Source of the DNA: Octopus vulgaris
Lineage: Eukaryota
NCBI GenBank assembly: GCA_951406725.2
Contig: OX597814.1
Location: forward strand, 156,674,001-156,738,000
Length of the DNA stretch: 64,000 bases
Direction of reading: 5' to 3'
Below, one piece after another: positions 52,694-64,000 of this stretch. The position numbers and the translations under genes were made by a program. The notes under the pieces are model-generated. The model was not told where the DNA came from, did not search any database, and was given only the letters and a program-made list of their open reading frames with translations. The first letter of the stretch is position 1. Every line of letters begins with the position of its first letter.

Positions 52694-53437
52694 ACAGTGT
52701 AAGGACCCTGAGAGAAAAGTTGGACATAAGAAGCATCAGATGTGGTGTACAAGAGAGACGACAGTGCTGGTATGGTCACATGTTGTGTATGGAATAGTGT
52801 CACACTCTAACGGTGGAGGGAACCTGCATAAGAGGTAGATCCAGGAAGACCTGGGATCAGGTGGTGAAGCATGACCTCCAAACTTTGGGTCTCATGGAGG
52901 TGATGACAAGCGACCGATACCTTAGGAGATATGCTGTGCTTGAGAAGACCTGGCAAGCCAAGTGAGACTGTAACCATGACCTATGCCTACATAGCATAAC
53001 TGGCCCATTTAAGACTATCATTCAATCATTGGGCAATAAACTGTACTTGAGAAGACCTGTTGAGTCAAGTGAAATCATTGTCATGGTCAATGCTAGTTCC
53101 AGCTGACTGGCACCTGTGACAGTGGCATGTAAAAAGCACCATTCGAGTGTGGTTAATGCCAGTGTCACCTGACTGGTCCCATGCCGGTGGCACATAAAAA
53201 GCATCATTCAAGCATGGTCATTGCCAGTGCCACCTGACTGGCTCCCATGCTGGTACCACCTGACTGGCCTTCATGCACCCGCCACCCTCTCGTAGTAGTT
53301 AGCACTAGGAAGGCATCCAGCTGTACAAACCTTGCCAGATCAGATTGGAGCCTGGTACAACCTTCTGACTTGCCAGTCCTCAGTCAAACCATCCAACCCA
53401 TGTCACCATGGAAAGCAGATGTTAAATGATGATGATA
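52694..53437 (+). mobile_element. RTE-LINE 3' end: ORF C-terminus, repeat-containing 3'UTR and (GAT)n tail
   Basis: Peptides SVRTLREKLDIRSIRCGVQERR..WYGH and TVEGTCIRGRSRKTWDQVVKHDLQTLGL...YAVLEKTWQAK*, followed by GGCACATAAAAAGCA units and the tail. Confidence 0.85.
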
Positions 53438-54931
53438 ACAGGGTTCTTTCAGTTTCCATTTACCAAATCCACTCAAAGCTTTGATCAGCTCAAGGCTTTA
53501 GAAGAAGACACTTGCCCAAGGTGCTCTGCAGTGGGACTGAACTGGAACCATGTGGTTGGCAAGCAAGCTTCTCGCTACACAGCCATGCCAGTTTGTATAT
53601 ATATATGTATGTATATAAATACATACACACACATATATACATACATGCATATATATATATACATAATAAATGTGTGTGTGTGTGTGTGTGATTGGTTGCA
53701 TTTGTGTGTTTGTATAAAATTTATAATTTCGGGGTATTAGTGTTATTATCATTATTTTTATAATAATTATTATTATTATTATTATTATTAAGGCAGTGAG
53801 CTGACAGAATCGTTAGCATGCTGGGCAAAATGCTTAGCGGTATTTCATCTATCTTTGCCTTTTGAATTCAAATTCCACCAAGGTCAACTTTACTGTTCAT
53901 CCTTCGGGGTCGTGAAATAAGTACCAGTTGAAGACTGTGGTCAATGTAATCAATTAGTCTCTTCCCCTAAAACTTTCAGGCCTTATGCCTAAATTGAAAA
54001 GATCATCATTATCATCATCATCAGTTGAAGACTGGAGGCAATATAATCAATTAGTCCCTTCCCTCCAAAATTTCAGGCCTTGTGCCTAAATTGAAAGGAC
54101 CACTGCCACCACCGCCTCCACCACCACCACCATCATCATTATGACAGGCTGAATAATTATACAAATCACACAGTTGTTTACTTCAAACACAAGAATGAAG
54201 TACCTAAGAAACGATCAGATGTCAAAGCACCTGGTGAATCCATAACATCCAGCGCCCATATAATCTCCAGTCAGTCTGAATACAGCTTAACATTTGCTGA
54301 TCTAATGGAAAATTATATTTTCAGAGCTTACTACCGCTATACCTGCTTTACTTTCTGGCAAACAGATAATCCAAGATATATCACCTAATATCTCAAAAAT
54401 AAAACCACTTTATTCAAATATCAAAAGCAGTAATATTAGTCAAATGAAACAAAATAGCATAATAACCATCATAATTTTTATTATTCCGTTTCTACACCAA
54501 AATGATCAGATTTTTTTTCCTTCTTGTTTTCAGTTGGATATGTCTATCTATCATACAACAGTCACCATATCATAACTTCATCTAATCAGTAACGTTAATT
54601 TAATTATGTCTGATTTAATTACTGTGCTACAAGTTATTTTTTTGGCTTACCCTTTGATTCAATCGCTCTCCAACATCCTGCTAATCAACCAACAAACCAA
54701 CCAGCCAGCAAATTTTTACACTTGTTTTTCACTCCCACTCAGATGAATCATTTATAGATGTTATAAATATCAAGAGAAACTAAATGCTTTGTAACTAGGC
54801 CTAGAATCTTTGAAATATTTTAAATTGTTTCTTAGCGACCTTCTATCAATAAAGGTATATATATATGTGTGTGTGTGTGTGTGTATTGGTATATGTATAT
54901 ACATGTGTATATACATATATATATATATATG

Positions 54932-55240
54932 TATAGTTAATCCAAACATGAACAAAGAGAAAACGCAACAACGCGAGGACATGGAACAAGTATAGTGTTA
55001 TCAGATGCTCAGGAAAGGAAAGAAAGAAGGAGGATTTAATGTTTCGTGCGGAACTCTTCGTCAGAAACATAGAAAAAGGAAAGGTCCAAGGAAGGAAAGA
55101 CGGAGAAAGAAAATCGTCAACGATACACACGTGGTCACATATTGTGAATGCTGGTGTAGGTGTAAATGGTGGCGACAAAAGGAGAAAAGTGGAAATAGAA
55201 GAAAGAAGAAAGGTAAAAAGAGGACAGAAAAAAGTGGAAA
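54932..55240 (-). mobile_element. Probable Penelope-like pseudo-LTR fragment in (TA)n with a degenerate hammerhead at 55034-55068
   Basis: Minus strand reads GTTT-CTGACGA-A-GAGT-TCC-GCAC-GAAAC-ATT-AAAT; (TA)n on both sides. Confidence 0.55.
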
Positions 55241-55291
55241 TATATATATATATATACCCTTACTCATCACTTACCCTAGTACACAAGTAAA

Positions 55292-55329
55292 TAGTCCTTA
55301 CTAATCCCATATGGGATTAGTAAGGACTA
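55292..55329. repeat. Perfect 38-bp palindrome
   Basis: TAGTCCTTACTAATCCCAT|ATGGGATTAGTAAGGACTA. Confidence 0.95.
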
Positions 55330-55847
55330 ACTCTGTTATAAACAAAATTTATAAATATCCAACAACATTATCATCACCATCTTCTTTATTATCAACAACA
55401 CAGAAATAGTTGACCGAATCTAGCAAGCATTTGTAAAATACTTTAAATTCTTCATGATCCTGCTTGTGAACATTCTTTTAAAACATTTAAAACTAAAATT
55501 CATTTGCATATGTAATCAGATTTTTAATGTTCGCTGCATTAATAGGTTAATTCTGACATATATATTGCTTTTTAATACAGATGGCAATTCTGAGTAATTC
55601 ACTACAGTGATTCTTTCTGACATGTTACAAGATAAAAATTTAAAAGTACATTAGTCAAGGAGTGGATAGGCCAATGCTGTTTTCAGTGAGATAACAATAA
55701 ACATCTATCAATAAGAGTGAGGAAGAGACCTAGGGGCATGCACAGAAATCACCATTACCTTTGGCTGTGAAACTTGGAACACCAACAGACACTTGCAATA
55801 GCTTATCAATGATAAAAAGAAGTGATTCTTTAGATGGATGCTTAAGA

Positions 55848-56295
55848 TCATCATCATCATCATTTAACGTCTGCTTTCTATGCTAGCATGGGTTGGACAA
55901 TTTGACTGAGGACTGGCGAACCAGATGGCTGTACCAGGCTCCAATCTTGATCTGGCAGAGTTTCTACAGCTGGATGCCCTTCCTAATGCCAACCACTCCA
56001 AGAGTGTGCTTTTACGTGCCACTGGCACAGGGACCAATCAGGCGGTACTGGAAACGACCTTGCTCGAATGTTTTATCATATGCCACCAGAAGTGCCAGTA
56101 AGGCGACTCTAGTAATGATCACGCTCGAATGGTGCCTTTTACATGCCACCAGCACGGAAGCAAGTTAGCTGCTCTGGCAACAATCACGCTCGGATGGTGC
56201 TCTTAGCACCCCCACTAGCACGGGGCAAAAGTGCCAGTAAGGCAACACTGGTAACGATCACGCTCGAATGGTGCCTTTTACGTGCCACCGGCATG
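55848..56295 (-). mobile_element. RTE-LINE 3'UTR fragment
   Basis: (CAT)n followed by the reverse-complement tail and GGTGCCTTTTACRTGCCACC units. Confidence 0.8.
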
Positions 56296-58924
56296 AACAC
56301 TTGACAACTGGAAAACTAAAAAATAGAAGGAAGGGAATGACAGAGAGAAAATACTTGAAGGCCTTACCATCTGGTTACAGAAAGACTGAACACAAAATCT
56401 TACTAAGCTGTGTGGGGGACAGGAGGGGATGGCAGTCCATGATGAACAATGCCTATAAGCACAGTACAGAGAAGATCAACCAATCCATCCATCTTCTCTG
56501 CCCACTATTCATGGTAGGGTTGTGGAAGCAGAGACCTCAGGCACTTCCTCAAGACTTTCTATTTGGATTCTTAAGCACAACCAATAAAACTATGGATATT
56601 ATCCAATCATCTCATTGTTTGCTTACCCCTAGGTCTCGAACCAGTTTGCTCAGCTTCATTAATCCATTTTGCAATTCTTTCCTGTAGATAGCATCTATTC
56701 CTTCAGGGATTCTTTTTATTATTATTTTTGATATGCTCTAATATGAGAAGGGAGTTTGTGGGTAGAGATATGCTGCTGAAATGAACTATAGAAAAGTTTA
56801 GAGGAGTTCCTAATTGATATTGTTATTGCAGAGTCATTCTGCTATAACAGACACATGGCAAGAAGAAAATGAACTGATGAAATAATTAAAGAGAGATCTG
56901 TACAATCAGCTCACGGAGTTAAATACAGAAGGGAATCTGTTGAAGGAGATATGGAAATTACACAAGCAAATAAAGTTTTGGCATTTTAGTTATGGCCCCT
57001 GTGTTAATATGCATGTGTGCATGTACATATGATAAATAGATAGGGAGATGGGGCATATAAACAAATAAGCAGAGAAATAATATTGATCTACTTATCAAAA
57101 ACTACTTCACACTGTATTGGAATATTACACAAGGACGTAACTCTAATGCACAAATGAACACGCCTGAAAACAAGAGTGAGTGGTTTCGGTATAATTACTG
57201 GAAGCACTCACCCTTTAAGATGCATGCACAGTTTCTGAATTACATCCAAGAAATAACTTCCATTATTCACACAAAAAAAGTGGATGTGACTTCTTTGTGA
57301 TTACTTGCTATGCTACAAATAGCTGTTAAAATATCTATGATCATTCCCCACCAACTTAAAACTGGAAGGACATGTTAAATAATGTAGTTTTAGTTATATA
57401 CAAACAAAAATAAGAAGATAGAATAGGCAGGTCTAGAATGCCTTAGACCAGGCATGAGCAACCTTTTGCAAGTGGAGGTACATAGCCTAGTGGTTAGAGC
57501 AGCGGACTCGCAGTCGAGGGATCGCAGGTTTGAATCTCAGACCGGGCAGTGTGAGTGTTAATGAGCAAAACACCTAAGCACCACGCAGACATGGCTTGAG
57601 AAGGAAGGAACCATTTGCAAGAAGTAGGTTCCATGAGACATGGATCATCAGGCGGACCACACAACTAAAAGAGTTTGAATAATTTTTCATTTAAGAGTGC
57701 CATTCCGATAGCCCCATAGGTTGTAGGTTGCCTGTGACTGCCTTACATCATACTTCTGTCCAATTAGAGCTGACCTTTAATTAAACAACAAAATACTAAC
57801 TGTCACAATTACCGTCAATCTGATTTCAGACTAAGCTACTGCTACAAAACAAATCTCTATTTACTCTCTTCAGGTTACTGGCTTAATGCCACACTCCAAC
57901 AAAACCTACTCATGTGGTTTTCAACTTCTTCGAGATAACACTTGAATTTCCATTTTATTACACACTACTGTCTTGAAGAAAAAAAAAAAGGATATACTCG
58001 ATAATGTGATCCTGCAAAACTCTAGGATGGGATGGTCATGGTTAAAATAACATTGATTATATATCACTTTAGTCAAGGCTGACTTACAGCTAAACAACAA
58101 TATGCCCATGAATTTTTTATAGAATCTTCTTCCTGAAAATTTGTCCAATTGATCTGCCTCAAAACTATAATATCCCGATTTCTGATACTATTCTTGCATT
58201 TCTTCCAGTTAGAAAAGCGAAGCAACATATCTTGTTTACTAAACTACATTCCATACAATCAATGTGCACAAGCATCATTATATGGTTAACAGATACCAGT
58301 TGAGATTCAATCACCCCAAATGACATTTTAGACAAGTTCTCCTACCATAATATCAGCTCTGCCTGAGAGTGACATTTGGTAGATGGAAACTGTGTGAAAG
58401 CCTTTCAAATGCTTTCGAGGTACTTTTTTTTTTTTTTTTTTGGATTAGTGCTAGATTTAATCAAGTTTAATATGCTAGCTTACCTATGTTAGCAACAGAG
58501 TAAACTTTGATAAAGGCATTCACAAACAATGTAATGATGCTAAACCAGGTGGTAAAATCTGCTTGGCAGTATATTTTGATCGTTAAGGTACATAAAAGTG
58601 CAAAGTAATTAATATTGTGAGCATTCATAAGCAATTACAACCATTGACAGTAACTAATTTAGTTTAACATCAACACCATCATTTAGCCTACAATCTTCCG
58701 AGCTTGCATGGGTCTGGTAAAATTTGTTGATTCAGATTTCAATGGCTAGATGCTCTTCCTGTCACCAACCCTCATTTGTTTCCAAGTAGGGTAATATTTC
58801 CTCATGGTCAGACATGATTTTCACAGAAGATTGGAAATGAAGAACCTTGTTTGTGTGATGAGGATACTCATTTAAAACCATCAAGTGATAGCAAGACAAG
58901 GATACATATATATACATACATACT

Positions 58925-59700
58925 TTGAAGGGTATGCATTTGCAATCCAGGAATAGGAAATATCAACCAAGCACCTGCTACACAAAAGGGATAGAGATGC
59001 AGGAAAAGCCATAAAGTGTGACAACCAATGCAGACTTCGTGGAGGTCATGCTGAAGATATCACCCAAATCATAAGCAGTTGTTCAAAAATATCATCACAG
59101 TATTATCTACCGATGAGACATGGCATTGTAGCTAGGACACTCTATAACAAAATCCATCAGAAGGAAAATCCCGAGGGCAAAGGAATAAGAACCCACAATA
59201 TGGTAGAAGCCATAGTCACTCATAACAAAAGGGAATACTGGTGGAATGTACCAGCGAAGACTCAATAAAATGTAAGTGCAACAGCCCTGATATAATGATT
59301 TGAGATAGAGAAGAGAAACTGTGTACAGTTGTGGAATTAGCTGCCCAGCGGATGTTAACATAAAGCTGAAGATCAGTGAAAAAGAGAGCACTTATGCTGA
59401 ACTATTGAGAAATCTGCAATTACTCTATCCAGATTACAAGTTCGGATTTATACCTGTAATTATTGGGACCCTGGGATATGTAACACACTACTTAAATACC
59501 AAACTTGAGAAATTAGGCTGCTCAAAACCAGAAAGGAGAAAACTAATTCAAAGACTACAGATCCAATCCATCACTGGAACTGTAAAAATCTGGAAAACTT
59601 TCCAGAAGTTCATCATTTAAATATATATGAACATGTCCAGATATGTAACTATATGTATGAGAATACATACATAACACATACAAATCTGTACACACATACA
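58925..59700 (+). pseudogene. R4/Dong-like LINE 3' fragment (zinc knuckle plus restriction-like endonuclease), disrupted
   Basis: EGYAFAIQE, a decayed CRL...EDITQIISSC knuckle, MRHG, YWWNVP, PDI, then SCPADVNIKLKISEKESTY...IPVIIGTLG...FQKFII*; (TACA)n flanks. Confidence 0.8.
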
Positions 59701-59721
59701 TACATACCTACATACATACAT

Positions 59722-60023
59722 CTTCTTGTTCCTTCTCAAGCCACGCCTGGCTCATAAGGGCTGGTTTCCCGGCTTCCTTGGCATATAGGTTCCCCACCTG
59801 GACGGGACGCTGGTCCATCGCAGGTGAGCTGCTAGATGCAGGAGGAAAGAGTGAGAGAAAGTTGTGGCGAAAGAGTCAGCAGAAGTTCGCCATTACCTTC
59901 TGCCAGAGCTACGTGGAGCTTAGGTGTTTTGCTCATAAATACACACATCACCCAGTCTGAGATTCGAACCCGCGATCCCCTGACCGCAAGTCCACTGCTC
60001 TAACCACTGGGCCATATGCCTCC
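59722..60023 (-). mobile_element. tRNA-derived SINE (family-C head)
   Basis: Minus strand GGAGGCATATGGCCCAGTGGTTAGAGCAGTGGACTTGCGGTC...GGGTTCGAATCTC. Confidence 0.75.
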
Positions 60024-60296
60024 ACATATACATACATACAAACACACAAACAAATAAACAAATAAAAATACCCTGTTGCTGATGTCGGAATTCCAATGAA
60101 TTGGATCTAGGTTAGAAACTAGTTCTTTCTCTATTGACAAGAAATCTTGAAGTAAACTGAATAATGGCATACATACATACATGTATGTTTCTTTTAGGTT
60201 TCACCAACTAAATCTCACAAGGCTTTGATCAGTTTGGGGTAGTAGTAGATGACACTTGCTCAACGTGACATGCAGTGGGACTGAACCCAAGACTAT

Positions 60297-60793
60297 GTAC
60301 ATTATTTACAATATTTACATTTGATGGATATTTGTCCTCATCTTGTTTGTTGTTAACAAAACTTTTCGGTTGATATACCCTCCAGCCTTCACCAGTGTCT
60401 TGGGGAAATTTCGAACCTGGGTTCTCATTCCTAAGGTATTTTTCGATGTTATTATTATAATTATTATTATTATTATTCAGGTCACTGCCCGGAATCGAAC
60501 TCGGAATCTTGGGGTTAGTAGCCTGCACTCTTAACCACAGGCATATGGCATAGTGGTTAAGAGCGTGGGCTACTAACCCCAAGATTCTGAGTTCGATTCC
60601 AGGCAGTGACCTGAATAATAATAATAATAATAGCAACAACAACATCGAAAAATACCTTAGGAATGAGAACTCAGGTTCAAAATTTCCCCAAGACACCTGA
60701 TGAATGCTGGAGGGTTTATCAACCGAAACATTGTGTTAATGAGAAACAATATGAGACAAATATCCATCAAATGTAAATAATGTAAATAATGTT
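60297..60793. mobile_element. Head-to-head inverted dimer of the hammerhead-SINE, inserted in an old family-B SINE
   Basis: Minus copy about 60297-60538 (5'-truncated) and plus copy about 60540-60793; direct repeat CAAGACTAT at 60288-60296 and 60794-60802; decayed hammerheads at 60355-60399 (-) and 60692-60738 (+). Confidence 0.85.
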
Positions 60794-60855
60794 CAAGACT
60801 ATATGGTTGAGATACAAATTTATAAATCTACTGTATCACAACATTTGAGAGTGTT

Positions 60856-60888
<33 letters not shown>

Positions 60889-61406
60889 GAACAACCACTG
60901 GAAGAGTTTCTAGGCAGTCACTGGATCTGTTAGAAATAGCAGCCAAATCTTCCTCAATCCACACTTTACCCTCTTAGAAAAGAAAACATGGAATAATGTA
61001 GTTCGGGATACACTATTATTGGAGGAGAAAAAAAACAAAAAACAGGATGGTCATGGTTGGAAGATCAAGGTTAATATAGGGTTATGCAAAAGCAACAACA
61101 ACAATCCTCATTATATGATTATGGCCAGCTGACAGCAGATAATATAGAAATACATTGTTATTTTAATGGGAGCTGAAAAATCTGATTTCCACCTTACACT
61201 CAACCATATTGTTTCCTTGGCAACAGGACAAGGTAGGATTATAGAGAGGGAAAATATACATCTTATCAAGGATAGGGAAAACGTGCAGTGGGGGGAGGAG
61301 ATTATAAATAATCTTTAATTGATAAGGATAGATAGAAACCAGGATGCTTTAATTATAAAACAGAAACATTGGTTGAGAAGAATCACAAAATATATGTGTG
61401 TGTGTA

Positions 61407-61442
<36 letters not shown>

Positions 61443-61612
61443 CATGATTATCTTGAAGAAAATGGAAATGATATAAAATGATGATGCATATGGACATACA
61501 GGCAGATAGAGATATTTAGCCATACAAACATCTAGACATAAAAGTAGACAGGCAGGTGTGTGTGTATATATATATATCCATAATTATGTATATATATATA
61601 TATATCCATAAT

Positions 61613-61692
<80 letters not shown>

Positions 61693-61964
61693 GAGACAGA
61701 CAGAGAGAGAGACAGACAGACAGAGAAACAGAGACAGACAGCGAGAGACAGACAGACAGATGAGAAGTTAGGTGTAAAAAGCAAAGAGAGAGAGAACAAA
61801 AAAGGATGATCAACAAAATGATGGAAAGACAGGCAGAGAGAAGGATAGAGAGAGAGAAAAAGATGGGCAGTAAAAGTGAAAGACAGTGAGAAACAGAGTA
61901 GGAAAAAGGATGACAAAGTGAAAGAAAAAAATTAAGAGGAAAAATCAGTCAGAACAAGAGAAAG

Positions 61965-62652
61965 ATCAGCTGGTAGAGAGGCTGACCAGCTGGGTGAAAT
62001 CTTGACTGGCCAGCAGAGAGACTGACTAGCTGGCAGAGAGACCAACCAGCTGGCAGAGAGACTGACTTGCTAGTGGAGAGACAGAGCAACTGGCCAGGAC
62101 AGGGACTGACTAGCTGGCAGAGAGACCAACCAGCTGGCAGAGAGACTGACTTGCTAGTGGAGAGACAGAGCAACTGGCCAGGACAGGGACTGACCAGCTG
62201 GGAGAGAGACTGACCAGCTGGGAGAGAGACTGACCAGCTGGGAGAGAGACTGACCAGCTGGGAGAAAGACTGACCAGCTGGGAGAGAGACTGACCAGCTG
62301 GGAGAGAGACTGACCAGCTGGGAGAGAGACCGATCTTCTAGTGGAGAGACAGACTGGCCTGTCAGCAGAGAGACAGACTGACTGGGAGATTGACTGACTG
62401 GTTGGTGGAAAGACCAACCAGCTGGGAGACAAAGAAACTGACTGGGTGACAGACAGACCAGCCGGGAGACAGACAGACCAGCCGGGAGACAGACAGACCA
62501 GCCAGGAGACAGACAGACCAGCCAGGAGACAGACAGACAGACCAGCTGGGAGACAAACAGACCAACTCTGGGAGACAGACAGACCAACCAGAAGACAGAC
62601 AAATCAACCAAGTGAGAGACAGACAGCTGGACTGGAAGACTGACAGACAGGC
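61965..62652. repeat. Minisatellite with a 20-bp core (GAGAGAGACTGACCAGCTGG) grading into (GACA)n-rich variants
   Basis: Near-perfect 20-mers at about 62190-62330; a duplicated block of about 84 bp at 62012-62195. Confidence 0.9.
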
Positions 62653-62991
62653 TGGAAGTAAGAAATAAACATATACTTAATAATACACATTCAGAATATA
62701 AATGGTTAATAAATAAAAAGAAAAATTAATATGATAAAAAAAATTTCGGAGGAAACAAACATACGGTGAGATGACAGAAAGACAAAAACAGTGATGCAAG
62801 CCATTTTCATTCGAAAGCAATCTTATTTATGTAACAAACAATTTTCATTCTGACAAATGGAATATAATGTAGTTGCCCAAGACAACGATTCCATCAGAGT
62901 ATAAGAGGAGGAGCCAAAAATTATATGTCTTCTCTGAATTACAGGTGTGTGTGTGTATGTGAAGATGTGTGTGTGTGTGTGAAGATGTGTT

Positions 62992-63024
<33 letters not shown>

Positions 63025-63840
63025 AAGCTTATGTGGAACAAGTCTTAGGCACCTGAAAGAAAGTGTTCAAGGTCAGGACATTTTTAAGTGCTATATTTAA
63101 CACATGAAAACTGAGCAGCAGTAGCAGCAGTAGCAACATTATTAGTTGCAGTTGAAACAGCAATAATAGCATCAATATCAGCAGCAGTAAAGTCTGAGAA
63201 CACTTTGCCAATATGGCAGTTAAAGTAACAGTTTAAACACCAGCATTGATCTCCTAACTCAGGAGAACTTCATCCTGGAATCTAATTTCACTAGTAATTC
63301 TTCCTATTTTCTTTATCAGCTTTGGAATACTTGCACATAAGCAACAGCATGAGAGAGAGAGAGAGAGAGACAGAGAGAGAGACAGAGACAGACAGACAGA
63401 CAGAGGGGGGAGGAAGAAATGAGAGTGAAAGAAAGAGGAGATAGGGACACACAATATGAAAATCAGAGATTATTAACAAGAGCCATATCAATAAAGCAGG
63501 GAAACAGCTTCTTGCATGCATGTATGTACATGTGCATATACATATATATATATATTCACATATATGCATGGTGGTAAACAGGCATTAAATGATGATGATA
63601 TATATATATACAGAGAGAGAGAGAACAAAGTGTACATACGCTGCTATATATATATATATATAAAATAAAATACAAAATGGGACAAGAACGCAAAACATCC
63701 GGAGAACTAGGTGATACAAAAAGGGACAACAAAACATCCAGATAGACGATACAAAAAAAGCAGGGACGGGTCATTCAAAGCCTTTTATCTTCAGTCAAGA
63801 ACCAGATCATCCTCGCAATTTCGGCTGATTATATATATAT

Positions 63841-64000
63841 TTTTACTTGTTTCAGTCAGTTGACTGTGGCCATGCTGGAGCACCACCTTGAAAGGTTCTA
63901 GTCGAGCAAATCGACCCCAGGACTTAGTTTTTAAGCTTAGCACTTATCCTATTGGTCTCTTTTGTGGAATTGCTCAGTTACGGGAATATAAACATACCAA
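63841..64000 (-). mobile_element. 3' part of a family-B SINE (runs off the window)
   Basis: TTTTACTTGTTTCAGTCA.TTGACTGTGGCCATGCTGGAGCACC. Confidence 0.8.

Noticed and set aside
60540-60612. Functional tRNA gene (also the heads at 17170, 20467, 25276 and 40494)
   Set aside because: A/B boxes are present but acceptor stems do not pair well, and each head continues into a repeated SINE body.
61949-62611. 220-aa repetitive ORF
   Set aside because: It is a translation of the 20-bp minisatellite.
63663-63830. Possible hammerhead in a (TA)n-flanked insert (minus strand CAGCCGAAA and CTGAAGA)
   Set aside because: The motifs do not assemble into paired stems around a complete core; left as an unclassified repeat.

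Overview
AT-rich eukaryotic genomic DNA with very dense microsatellites. The SINE, LINE and microsatellite repertoire resembles an octopus or other coleoid cephalopod; this is inferred by pattern recognition, not by a search. One convincing host coding exon is present: minus strand 13283-12282, start codon at 13246, encoding an N-terminally myristoylatable, Ser-rich region of an unidentified protein. The rest looks intronic or intergenic and is filled with tRNA-derived SINEs, 5'-truncated RTE, R4/Dong-like and CR1-like LINE pieces, mariner and Tc1-like fossils, a TA-flanked MITE, a non-autonomous Helitron and tandem repeats. The most unusual signals are ribozyme-carrying short retroelements: (1) a tRNA-headed SINE whose tail contains a Penelope-type minimal hammerhead ribozyme (intact at 17313-17358; a head-to-head dimer bounded by one 9-bp direct repeat at 60288-60802); (2) a complete 387-bp TSD-flanked element whose 5' end folds like an HDV-type ribozyme (29030-29416); and (3) a separate hammerhead relic inside a (TA)n tract (55034-55068). 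Several fold-back palindromes and short locally templated duplications are also visible. Almost all short ORFs in the supplied track are repeat artefacts. Boundaries of degraded repeats are approximate.
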